Shown here: one piece after another, positions 12,786 through 24,595 of the stretch
How positions within the stretch are numbered: the stretch's first letter is position 1
Layout of the letters: each line of letters starts with the position of its first letter
Assembly: GCF_006345805.1 (NCBI RefSeq)
Contig: NC_043001.1
Location: 40,734,001-40,798,000 of the forward strand
Direction of reading: 5' to 3'
Source of the DNA: Octopus sinensis
Taxonomy: Eukaryota
Length of the DNA stretch: 64,000 nucleotides
The notes under the pieces: generated by a model
Databases searched by the model: none
The model's input: the letters and a program-made list of their open reading frames with translations, nothing else
What the model was told of the DNA's origin: nothing
Made by a program: the position numbers and the translations under genes

Positions 12786-13400
12786 ATCAGCCACTCCTGT
12801 GCCTATATATGTATTTATCTATATCATCATCATTATCATTAAACATTTGCTCACTGGCATGGGCTGGATGACTTGACAGGATTTGATGAGTCAGACGACT
12901 ACATCATAGACTAATGTCTGTTTTGGCATAGTTTCAATGGCTGCATGCTCTTCCTAAATGCAAACCCATTTACAGAGTGTACTGAGTGTTTTTTTTCATG
13001 GCACTAGCTCTAGTGAGGTTGCTTTGAATCTTGTAAGACTAAAGAGCTTACAACTTGAAGAGAATAGGAGAGAGAATGAGAGAAAGAGTTAGGGAGGGAG
13101 AGAGAAAGAAAGGGAAGAGTGAAGATTTGAAGCAAGGTGGTGAGAGAAACAGAGTAGATACTATTGGGGGTGGGGGTACTGAAATAACAGGAGAAAAGGA
13201 AAGGATTAGGGTCAGGTGTTACTTAGAAAGGGACAGTAATGAGGGTGATGAGTAATGAAGGGACAGAGGAATGGGGTGCATTATGTAGATGGGGACCAGA
13301 GCTATCCCACATTATAAGGGCAAGTATGGATGGAAGGTGTAGGGGAAGAGAACAAGAAAGAAAGAAAATAGATGAGGGTGGCAGGGTCCCAGAAAGAGAA

Positions 13401-13405
13401 AGAGA

Positions 13406-13458
<53 letters not shown>
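13401..13458. repeat. (GA)n microsatellite
   Basis: Directly visible. Confidence 0.95.
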
Positions 13459-13461
<3 letters not shown>

Positions 13462-13932
13462 ATGAAAGAGAGGTGTAGAGGTCATGAGGAATAAGCCAGA
13501 GAGATGAAAGCATGTTCAGATTCAGATGATGGTCAATCTGCATGGGGTGAATAGTGAAAGAAAAAGAAGCAGAGAGGGAGTGATGGATGGCAGCTGGCAA
13601 GCAAGCATTACAAGTGGTGAGACAAGAGATATGATTGATAGGGTGATGTTTGAGGAGAGAGAGAAAATAACTAGTATGGTTTCTTATTCATAGATCTAGT
13701 AAAAGAGGGGTGTGTATAGAGTGATGGGGGCAGTATTCAGGGCAATTAATTGTTCATAGCTTGCAAGCTTCATAGGTAATGATAGAAGATGGATGGGTAT
13801 GACTAGTTGAAAGATGAGGCAACTGAAATGAACAGGGATTTGATCTGGAACATTTCACTATGAAGCTGAAATGGAAACTATAGTGTCAACCAGACAAACT
13901 GAAGCACAGTATTCTGGCTATGGTAAGATTAA

Positions 13933-14151
13933 CCCTTTAGTAATTTAGATTGCTTTTTCAAATGTAATATTTATTTATTCACATTGTTTTGAATTAATCA
14001 TGCATTATCTCACAGCTTCAAGATTTCAATGATGATTCTTTATTTTTTAAATGATTTTGTAGGGTGGGTGTGAGAAACTGGATTTGACAGGTTTGAACAT
14101 AAAACAGGTAGAGTATCAGGGCTGGGTATGGTTGGTTTAAATGCTAAAGGT
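13933..14151. mobile_element. piggyBac-like MITE, copy 2
   Basis: TTAA|CCCTTTAG ... AATGCTAAAGGT|TTAA, with a body colinear to 10219-10438. Confidence 0.75.
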
Positions 14152-15014
14152 TTAAACTCATTTTCATTAAGCATCTACAAAAATCATAGTCCTTTATATT
14201 AGTTATGATAATGATGTTAACAGTGACTTCTTTCTTTCTAGTTCAAGGTCACAAGTTTGCACAAATAATTGGGTTATTTTCCCCAGTGTACATTGGACTG
14301 TGGTCATGCTGGAACATCACCTTGAGGGGTTCAACTGAATAAATTGACCCCAGGACTTCTTTCCTTTTTTTTTTGAAGTCTGGTATTTTTTTCTATTGGT
14401 CTGTATTGCTGAACCACTAAAATATGGGTCTATAAACAAACAAACACTGATTTTAAGGGAGGAGGAATTGGATGGAGGCAAACACACCTAGTGCTTATTT
14501 TACAAATACTGGAGAAACGAAAAGCAAAGTCAATCACAATTGGATGTGAACTCAGAAAATAGAAGGATCAGACTAAAGATGACAAGAACTGCAATTGTTA
14601 GTAATAGCTGTAGCCTGATTAGATGTGTATATTATTGTGCTTTCGATAGCTTAAAAATAAATCAATCTAGCATTTTGATCAATATGATAATAAATAAATA
14701 ACTTGCAAAAGTAAAAAGATGGTAGTGAAGTGGGATGGGTGTTAATAAATAATGTAAGAATGAAATAAGAGAAATTTCATGAAGAAGGGAATAAATTTTG
14801 ATTAAGGAGTGTGAATTGTGAGAGCCATTAAGTTGCTTAATATGGCTGGATATAAAATGCTAATGAGCAAAATAGATTAAATTAACTATTTATCTCTTTA
14901 AATCGATGTTTCAACAAGAATTGTAGCAGAAAAGCTTGCAGCAGTTGCAGTAGTGGTTATATCCAGTAAACTTTCAGCTGAGAAAAGTGACCCAAATATA
15001 TATATGTATATATT

Positions 15015-15352
15015 CTGTTATTCTTTTACTTGTTTCAGTCATTTCACTGCAGCCATGCTGGAACATCATCTTGAAGGATTTTAGTTGAACAAATTGACCC
15101 CAGGATTTATTTTTTAAGCCTAGTATTTATTCTATTGGTCTCTTTTATTGAACTGCTAAGTTACAGAGGATGTAAACACACCAACACTGGTTGTCAAATG
15201 GTGATGGGGGTGACAAATACACACACACACACGATAAGCTTCTTTCAGATTCTGTCTATCAAATCTACTCACAAGTCTTTGGTCAGCCTGAGGCTACAGT
15301 AGAAGACACTTGCCCAAGTTACCATGCAATGGGACTGAACCTGGAACCATGA
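15015..15352 (-). mobile_element. Family A SINE
   Basis: Colinear with 1770-2193. Confidence 0.8.
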
Positions 15353-15560
15353 GATATATGTATAGATTGTTTGAAGTAATGTACAAATTTTGTGTAGTAA
15401 GAAAAAGAAGGTGGTCAGAATTTTGGACAATTCTTTATTAGCACTTTTGGTCATTGATGGGCACCCTTCAGACAAGTTTTACAGAAAAATTTTAGTGTAA
15501 AACTTATCTGAAGATAAAGAATTATCTAAAATTTTGACCACCCCACTTTTATATATATAT

Positions 15561-15942
15561 ATATACAGGTATGGAAATATTTTACTCTCAAACGCATAAT
15601 AATAATGCTGAATGGCATAAATAGGATAGAACATCCTTATGTTGCAGAAAAATTTGTTAGCAGTCAGTCATGAGACTCAAACTCACATCCCTGTGATTAC
15701 CATTCATAGTGCTTTACCTCTAAGCTAAACTGCCTACTAACAAATTCCTTTGCAATTTTTGAACTTATAAATATAGCTTTTATAGATGCTATTTGTGAAA
15801 TTACGATGTATGTTGAAATATACAGATATGGAAATATTTTATTCTCAAACACATAATAGTAATGCTGAATGGCATAAATAGGATAGAACATCCTTATATT
15901 GCAGAAAAATTTGTTAGCAGCCAGCCATGAGACTCAAACTCA
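15561..15942. repeat. Local direct duplication, ~125 bp (15561-15685 and 15818-15942)
   Basis: Offset 257. About 7 differences, all transitions. Confidence 0.9.
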
Positions 15943-15999
15943 TTTTAACTTTTTAAAATATATCAGTAAAAAGAGGAGGGGGCAGTGCTCAAGGCTTTT

Positions 16000-16400
16000 A
16001 TAGAGTATCTCAGCCTGGTGAGACTGATATAGTTGATGCTTATCTGAAACTTCTATAGATCAATGACCACAAATAAAATGTGGATAGAAAGGGTATTTCA
16101 GGGAGTTTCTATTCCAAGGAGAAATGCTTGGGCAAAGTGTTTCATATAAGATTTGGGTGGAGGTGTAACAAAGTACGAAGAATAACAGGCAAAAAAGTGG
16201 GTTTAAATGAAGTTGGTATACGATTTGCTATTCAGAGGAATGGAGATATAGTAGCAGAAGAAAACAGATGCTGAGACATTAGTTGTGCATGTTGTAGTAA
16301 AGGAGGTAGTGTAGACATTTAGCTAAATGTGTTGCAAGAAGGAGAGATTTGGCTGCTACTTCTAGGAGGTTGAATGAGAATGGAGAGGCTGCCTCATTAT
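16000..16400 (-). mobile_element. Degenerate Jockey/CR1-like LINE 3' fragment
   Basis: Minus strand HFAQAFL..WNRNSL remnant resembles the LINE C-terminal F..SF.P.T..LWNSLP motif. Confidence 0.35.
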
Positions 16401-18719
16401 CTCAGTTTGCTTATTGGCTCATGTGAGATGGCTGTAACTTATGAGTGTGTGATTTAGGAAGATAGACCTTTTGAGAGGCAATGCTGAAGGTTTTGGTGTT
16501 GTTGAGGGCAACAACATTACTTTTGCAGCAATTTTCAGTAGCAGATTACTACTGGTTTATGACATAGTGGGGGAGGGAGGGAGAGAGAAAGAAAGAAAGA
16601 AAGAAGGTGGTTGTTGTTGTTGTTATTATTATTACTGTTTCCAAAACTGTTGAGACATTAGAAGTGAGGACAATAGGATGATTGATAATTCAGAGTCAGA
16701 AATCTTGTTCTTGGAAATGAGATAAATAGGTTGGTTTTGTATTTACTGGAACAGTTCCCTGTAGAGAGAAAGATTTAAGAGTTTGGTGAGGACAGGAGCT
16801 AGCTATGACATATATTTGTTGAGTGTAATGGAAGAGATAATGTCAAGGTATATCACTTGTGTACCGGAATCAATAGCAAATTTTAAAAATTTAGTGACAG
16901 AATGTATAAGATAGTGAGACCAGTGGATTAAAGGCAGTAAGTTAAGGAAGTGCTTTGTTGTGTGCATGTGTGTGCGTGTGTATGTATGTGTGTGTGTGTG
17001 CATATGTGTGTTTGTGTGGTGCATGCACATGTGTAGTCAAACACAAAATGTAATATATTTATAAGATGTGTTGCTTAGGAAGCTATGCTGGTTGAGGCTT
17101 GGTAGATGGCTGATTCTGCAAAGTTTATGGAGACCCTATTGGCAAGAGAGCAGAAGATCCAGCTACAATTTGGGATGAAAAAAAAATTACTTGGCTGTGT
17201 GCTGCACAAAATCACATTTTACTTTCCTGGTGATTATTTTGCAAGTATTACAGTATTACAGTGGTAGGCAAATGCTCTTAAATTTGATGTAGTAGGTGGT
17301 TGACTTCTTTCAGCTGATGTAAACTATCCTTCATTTGTACCACCAAGAAGTTAAGATCTTGGTTTCCTGGTTATACAGCAATGAATTCAAAACTTATTTA
17401 GCATAGATCCCTGCTTGTTTCAGTCTCAATAACTGTCAACAAGTTTTACTTTTACATAACAGCTGTGAGATTAGGAGCAGGGAAAGGATTATGTTGCAAA
17501 AATACACTTGCTTCAGTGATATAGAAACGTTCAAAATTAGACAGAAAAAAAAAAGACATAAGTTACCACAATAAAACAAGCGAAAAACAAACAGAAAACA
17601 AAATCACAATGAGACATTAAAAGAAGAATTATTTAAAATGAAATCAAAGTTAGAAATATTTTTAATGAGGTGTTAAAAGGTACAATTATATTGATTTTTG
17701 AAATAAGATTATATGTAGTAATATGGATTCAGTAAATACTGGATTGATATTCATGTTAATCATACATTTACTGAGTTTATACATAGCTACCATAATGTGT
17801 ATATGTGTGTGAGTGAGACAAATAGTCAAGAGTGAAAGTAGATATGGAATAAAATGCGTATATACGTAGATGTATGTATCAGAGAGTGAGACATAAGTTA
17901 CCACAATAAAATACAGGGAATGAATGTAAGATCAAGAAAGAATAAGAGAGAATGAATGAAGCAATGAATGAATATGAATGTAAGAGTGGGTATGTGTGTG
18001 TGTGTGCATATAAAAATACTACACAGACAAAGATTGAAAATTTATATTATAAACAACAGGAGATTGTAGTTTAAAGAATTGACATACGAGACAACATACA
18101 GCTGACGACCATATGCGGAAATAGATAGCAACGTGAGAGTAGACAAGTTTACATGTATTCTTGTCTTTTGAATAGAACGAAAGGAAGTTGATGAAGCAGT
18201 TCAGTGAAAGCCGATGTTTGAATCAAACTGCTGAACTTTCAGAAAAGCATTATTTTTTTCTACAGCACCTGGATAAATGAATACAATCCATTTTCAGAAA
18301 AGTTATATTCCTAAACCAACAGATGAATCTCATTATGATCTCTCTAGCAACAAGTGATAACAGCCAGGTCTCTCTCAAATCATATTCTATCACCTTGGAA
18401 AATTAGATAAAAAAATGAGGTGGTCATAGATGAATTGACTTTGAGTATAGGTTTGCTTGATCAGGCTTGAACTAAGGTTAAACAACAATAACAAGAGTTA
18501 TAGTCTATATGTATTGTTATTATATTAAAATCATGGATGGTCAACTAGTAGAGTTAGAAAATTGCTTGATAAAATACCTGGTGGTATCACTTCACATTTT
18601 GAGTTCAGATCCACCAGGATCACTTTTACTCCGTCTCTTTCCAGGAGGGATGGGTCTTAAAATAAGAAGCAATCAAGTACTGGGGTCAATAAGCTTACTT
18701 TCCAACCTTGTGGTCTTGA

Positions 18720-19228
18720 GTTCATTCCCATTGTTTGGCACTTTGGACAAGTGTTTTCTACTATAGCCCTGGGCCAACCAAAGCCTTGTGAGTGGATGTA
18801 GTAGATGGAAACTGTAAGAAGCTTATCATATATACATATATAGGTGCAGGAGTGGCTGTGTGGTAAGTAGCTTGCTTACCAACCACATGGTTCCGGGTTC
18901 AGTCCCACTGCATGGCACCTTGGGCAAGTGTCTTCTACTATAGCCTCGGGCCAACCAAAGCCTTGTGAGTGGATTTGGTACACAGAAACTGAAAGAAGCC
19001 TGTCGTATATATGTATATATATATATGTGTGTGTGTGTGTGTTTGTCCCATTAGCATTGCTTGACAACCGATGCTGGTGTGTTTATGTCCCCGTCACTTA
19101 GCGGTTCAGCAAAAGAGACCGATAGAATAAGTACTGGGCTTACAAAGAATAAGTCCCGGGGTCGAATTGCTCGATTAAAAGGCAGTGCTCCAGCATGGCA
19201 GCAGTCAAATGACTGAAACAAGTAATAG
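18720..19228 (+). mobile_element. Family A SINE (young copy 18843-19228) preceded by a partial copy
   Basis: GGTGCAGGAGTGGCTGTGTGGTAAGTAGCTTGC head, complete body and (agagtaaag)n tail. Confidence 0.88.
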
Positions 19229-20055
19229 AGTAAAGAGAGAGTAAAGAGAATATATAACAAGATGAGATAACAAAGTAATAAACAATTGTCTTATGAACTT
19301 CATTAACTTACAGATGTTTCTGCCATAAGATGCAGTGGACTTATAGTTGAGTGCCTGAGTAACACCTTATAGCTTCATCAGAGCCTCAAATATGAAGTGC
19401 AATTTATTTGGGAAATGAATTACATTTATGCATACACACACACACACATATAGGAAAAAGCATTATTAGTGAGAAAGCAAACACATACATGGGGAATGAA
19501 AATCAAGAGCTCCTCCATTGAGGTTTGTAAGTAAGCATCACTGTCAAACAAGCAACATTGTTAGTTTCCAGTCTTCTATGAAAATCAAGTCTGGCCATGG
19601 AGAAACATTATCTTGCTTGGAAACAGGTGAAAGTTGAGGACAAGGTCAATCAACCATAAAAATATCCACCTCAACAAATTCTGTCTGATCTATGCAAGCA
19701 TGGAAATGTGGTCATTAAAACAATGATGAAGATGATGATGATGATGCTTTACACTTCTCCATAATTTGTTGCTTTGAGCCTACATAGAAAAATCACTATA
19801 TCGTACTCATGAATATGAAAGAGATATTAGTTTCATTGTTTTAACATCCAATTTTTCAAGATAGTATGAGACAGTATATAACATCTTATCTTGTTTTTGC
19901 TATTACATCAAGACCATGCTAGAGCATTATTTCAGTGGTTGCCTGATCTAAATTTATCATTGTTCTAACTATAAACTGGAGAGTTTCCATTGTCTACTCA
20001 TTGTATTTCTATAACTAATATTAACTGACATTAAATTCAACATAATTATCTCTGT

Positions 20056-20059
<4 letters not shown>

Positions 20060-20127
<68 letters not shown>

Positions 20128-20131
20128 TATA
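20060..20131. repeat. (TA)n microsatellite
   Basis: Directly visible. Confidence 0.95.
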
Positions 20132-21558
20132 AAACACTGATTTTGCAAATAGATATATAAAGCAGACAGTTTTCAATTAATTTCTTTCCAAGCATTGCAG
20201 ATCTTACTGCATAACATCTCAGGTGCCTTCAACCATGGTTCAACCATGGCCCCTGATTCACCAAAGACATGTAAGGGAAATTTGGTAGATAGTAAGTATG
20301 TAGAAGCTTATCACAGGGACTGTTTCTATTCTTAGATGGGTGATATAATTCACTGCAACATTTACCATCACTATCTGATCTAAGGGTGTTACATGCAGAA
20401 TCCACTTAGTAGTAGGTATTCATATCAGGTGTCTGGTCAGGGGATAAATTCCTCCCACTAACCTCAAAGGCCCTAAACAGAGTCGCAGAAGTTACATAAG
20501 CCAGTAAAAATAAATAAATAAATAAAAACCTCTTTATAATCATTGCATGTATCTTTCCAGTAAAAAGAAATTATAAAATTGTACAGCTCACAATCAAATA
20601 GTTCATGCCAGTATATATAAAGCATTTAAAACATTTTAAAAACAAAACAGTGAATTTCAAACATTCAGCTGTTGTGAATTGTCCATCTGTAAGTCTATAC
20701 TGATTAAACACAGTAATACAGAAGCTTGTTTAGATTTGATTGTGTAATCATAATGCTTTGAAAAAAAAAAACATTTTACATTTCAGCATAGCTTACTTCC
20801 TTAAAGGAAACACAGAAGGGAAAATAACTACTCAATAACATATCAGTCCTATTTTTACAAGTATTTTAGAATAATTTTTCATTTCTTTTGCTATAATGTA
20901 CTATAAAACATAGCTTTTATCTTTTTTTTTTTTTATTTGTTTCAATCTTTAGACTGTGGCCACGCTGGGGTACCACCTTGAAAAGAATTGGTAGTTGAAC
21001 AAATCGACCCCATTACTTTTTTTATAACCTTAGTACTTATTCTATTGGTCGCTTTTGCTGAAATTTGAAGTTAAAGGGATTTAAACACACCAACACCAGT
21101 TGTCAAGTGGTGGTGGGCGACAGTAGCAGCACAATGGGGTGAGAGGATGGGGCTGGAGGGAAGGCCATACTGCTGCTAAAAACTATGACACACACACAAG
21201 CATACACAGATACACACATACACACACAGCATACACAGATACACACATACACACACACACACACACACATGCACATAAGAGTACACATCTTAGAAGAACA
21301 GAATGGAGTAAATGGAGCAAGAACACACATGAAAACGAAAAGTGTCACTAAAGAGGTCACAGATGTGTGACAAAAGATTTTCGGACAATAGATATGAGTT
21401 AAAATAATAAAATAAGAACAGTAATAAATGAGTGAAGAACAAATATATAGTGCATGTATTTATTTGGCAAAGAATAAAAAAAATAACCATCCCAAAATAC
21501 AACAATACCTGTTTTAACACACAATTTCACATCAGAAATCTTACAAAATGAATTAATA

Positions 21559-21594
<36 letters not shown>

Positions 21595-21699
21595 TATATA
21601 TATTAATAAATTTTAGGGTAGCAAAAAATTCTCAAAAAATTCTCTGCTACCAGCGGTCAAGTGAGAAAGAAAAATTAGTCAATAGACTATATAATATAC

Positions 21700-21963
21700 A
21701 TTCAAACATATAAGGGATGGCCATAATAGGACATCCGACTCAGCCAAACTCCAAACCACTAATAGTTGTAATTCTGAAATGGAAAGAGAAATAAAAACGT
21801 TTACCCTTTCCTTTCTGGACTATGCATAGTTTCGGCAATCAGAAAGGAAAGGGTAAACGTTTTTATTTCTCTTTCCATTTCAGAATTACAACTATTAGTG
21901 GTTTGGAGTTTGGCGGCTCTTTCTAGTGAGTCGGATGTCCTATTATGGCCATCCCTTATATGT

Positions 21964-21969
<6 letters not shown>
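21700..21969. repeat. Fold-back palindrome: 118-bp arm 21700-21817, 22-nt loop, arm 21840-21969
   Basis: Arms are perfect reverse complements apart from one 12-nt indel (ctagaaagagcc). Confidence 0.95.
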
Positions 21970-21999
<30 letters not shown>

Positions 22000-22334
22000 T
22001 CAGTGACAGCGTAACCTTCACGCAACGCCAAAATAAAGAACTTTATTTCATCAAAAAATTTAGACCAAGTTTGAACACCCTGGGCCAGGAATATTAAAAC
22101 AAAACATTGGTCCTCTGAAAAAGAGAAACGAAATTCTACCACAACCACTACGACTGCCCCAACTCGCACTACTACTACAACCACCGTGGTCACTGTTGCT
22201 ACGGCCACAGTGAGAGAATTATAATAATGGAAGTGGGGCGAATTACAATTTCTCAGATCCTTAAACAGTCACTCACACTGACAGAGATATGTCTTAGGGA
22301 AGGAAAAATTTATAAAAAGATCTCTACGAGCAGA

Positions 22335-22880
22335 TCTAATCCTGATTCGTCAAAAAACTGATGACGTATTACCTCAGTGGTCAAGCTATTGTCACCCTGC
22401 TTGGTCAGTTTCCCCACACGATACAGCTATGGGTCAGACCCGATTCTGATTGGTCAAAACATTGATGACGTCTCGTTCTGCTGGACTAGCCACCTAACAG
22501 GATGATTGGTCAAAACATTGATGACGTCTCGTTCCGCTGGACTAGCCACCTAACAGGATACAGTCATGGGTCAGATCTAATACAGCTATGGGTCAGACCC
22601 GATTCTGATTGGTCAAATCATTGATGACGTCTCGTTCTGCTGGACTAGCCACCTAACAGGATGATTGGTCAAAACATTGGATGACGTCTCGTTCTGCTGG
22701 ACTAGCCACCTAACAGGATGATTGGTCAAAACTTGATGACGTCTCATTTCTGCTGGACTAGCCACCTAACAGGATTGTCAAAAACACTGATGACGTCTCG
22801 TTCTGCTGGATCTAGCCACTAACAGGATACAGTCATGGGTCAGATCTATTTCGATTCGTCAAAAAAATGATGACGTATTT
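22335..22880 (+). repeat. 56-bp tandem array (6 core units plus 2 degenerate flanking units)
   Basis: Unit GATTGGTCAAAACATTGATGACGTCTCGTTCTGCTGGACTAGCCACCTAACAGGAT starts at 22448, 22504, 22607, 22663, 22720 and ~22773. Confidence 0.95.
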
Positions 22881-23030
22881 CTTCCTATGGCCAAACTGTC
22901 ATTCCGCTTGGTTGGTTTCCTAACAGGATATATTCGTTGAGACTGGGTTTTGATTGGTGTTGGAACTATATGATGTCAGTGAAAAGTGCAAGTGACCACA
23001 GCTAAGCTGAGCCTGATATAAACCCAACAA
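22355..23030 (+). promoter_or_regulatory. Homotypic CRE-like/CCAAT cluster with a downstream TATA-like box
   Basis: ATGACGT x8 (22361, 22465, 22521, 22624, 22681, 22736, 22790, 22870), ATTGG x6, and GATATAAA near 23016. Regulatory function is inferred only. Confidence 0.45.
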
Positions 23031-23518
23031 TCACAAAATTCACCAAAATTAAACGAACAGACACCAACCAAAAATCATTACGTTGCTCCCATTGGAACAC
23101 AAGGTAAAATCTAAAATGAACTCCTCGCTTTTCAAGAACATGAATTTTTTATATTGACTCTATTGAATATATGTCACGATTATGAACTATTCATCATACT
23201 CTTTAAACATATAGCATGAACTCTCTTATTATATATAATTTTTTTTGATAAGGTTTCGTCATTTCAAGAACCAAAACATGTTAAAAATTAAAATTTGTCT
23301 AATATAGCAGCATTTTCAAACTTCATTTTTTACAAATATAATATATATATTAATATATATATATATTATATATATATATATATATATATGGAGATATATT
23401 GTAGTTTGCTGAAGCATTGTGTATTGTTTGTAAAGAATAAAATGTTTTAAATGACACAACAATGCACTATAGTAAAAACAATGGACTGTAATAACTGTTG
23501 TAATTTAATCATCCATGT

Positions 23519-24595
23519 AGTAAAAAAAGAGAGAGCTAGATGGTGGCAAGTGCCAGAGCATACCCTTGAGGTACAGAGGTCATAATATAAGTGGCAGGGC
23601 ATTGCCAAAGAAGTGTGAGTAGTGAGTGGCGGAGTGGAATGTAGTGAGTGGTGAAAACCTGGGTATATAGAGTGGGGGCTACTGGATGATATTTCGGAAT
23701 AAAAATTCCTTCTTCAGATATCACTAGGAAACAAACAAACAAACAGAAAAGTAATTGGAAAACCAATTATAGCTCAGAGGCCTACGTAAAGTTGCAGAAG
23801 TGTATGGAGAGGAGTGTATAAGCTGCACACAAGTGTACAAGAGGTTCAGACTTTCCAAGATGGCCAAAAAGAGGTCGATATTGATGAACATTCTGGGAGA
23901 TCCACAACCAGCAGAACTGAGAAAAACATTGCAGATGTGCATGCAGCTGTGAGGGGAATTTGTCGAATCACCATCTATGAATTATCAGAGGAATTATCAC
24001 TGAAGATTTGGATAGGAGACACATGTCTGCCAAGTTTGTGCCAAAACTACTTTCAACTGACCAAAAAGACACTTGGGTTCCAGTTGCACAAGATCTTCTT
24101 GAGTGGGTTGAGATCAATGAAAACATTTTGCAAACTTTGTGTAGGCCTCTGAGCAGGTATTGCCAAGCTTTTGGCAAAATTTGATGCAGATTCTCTGCTC
24201 AACTTTCTCTGTCATGGTCAATGTGACAATCACATGCTACATACTTTCCTTCGAAGCAATGCTGTAAGCAGCGGAAGTGAGCTAGAATGTTAAAACTTAG
24301 TGCACATGCACAGCAGAGTTCAAGGTCAATCTGTGCCAAGCGGCTTCACTCTGCGTGCTTTAGCTTTTTTACTTATTGATCAGACCACGTACTCACAAGG
24401 AGCAGGGATCAGAAATAGGATGGTCGAGTAAAAAATGAGAGAGCTAGATGGTGGCAAGTGCCAGAGCATACCCTTGAGGTACAGAGGTCATAATATAAGT
24501 GGCAGGGCATTGCCAAAGAAGTGTGAGTAGTGAGTGGCGGAGTGGAATGTAGTGAGTGGTGAAAACCTGGGTATATAGAGTGGGGGCTACTGGAT
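23519..24595. repeat. 169-bp direct repeat (23519-23687 and 24427-24595), one mismatch
   Basis: Base-by-base comparison at offset 908. Confidence 0.95.
23765..24391 (+). mobile_element. Mariner (Tc1/mariner) deletion derivative lacking its left arm
   Basis: Transposase remnant YKLHTSVQEVQTFQDGQKEVDIDEHSGRSTTSRTEKNIADVHAAVRGICRITIYELSEEL. The right long TIR ends ttattgatcagaccacgTA. Homologous to 41402-42170. Confidence 0.85.

Larger units (their letters stand above)
21997..23335 (+). mobile_element. Unclassified (TA)n-flanked, CpG-retaining inserted element
   Basis: Bounded by (TA)n runs on both sides. CpG is retained, unlike the flanks. It contains an internal tandem array and has no recognisable transposase or RT. 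Confidence 0.55.

Noticed and set aside
13500-13900. Possible Penelope EN C-terminal relic on the minus strand
   Set aside because: Only fragmentary motifs (SVASSFN, EQLI), too degenerate to support.
21801-22208. 135-aa minus-strand ORF as a gene
   Set aside because: It runs through low-complexity Val codons, a (TA)n tract and a palindrome arm, and has no recognisable domain.
22448-22830. Regular 56-bp repeats resembling a CRISPR array
   Set aside because: The units are contiguous near-identical tandem copies without unique spacers, there are no cas genes, and the context is eukaryotic.
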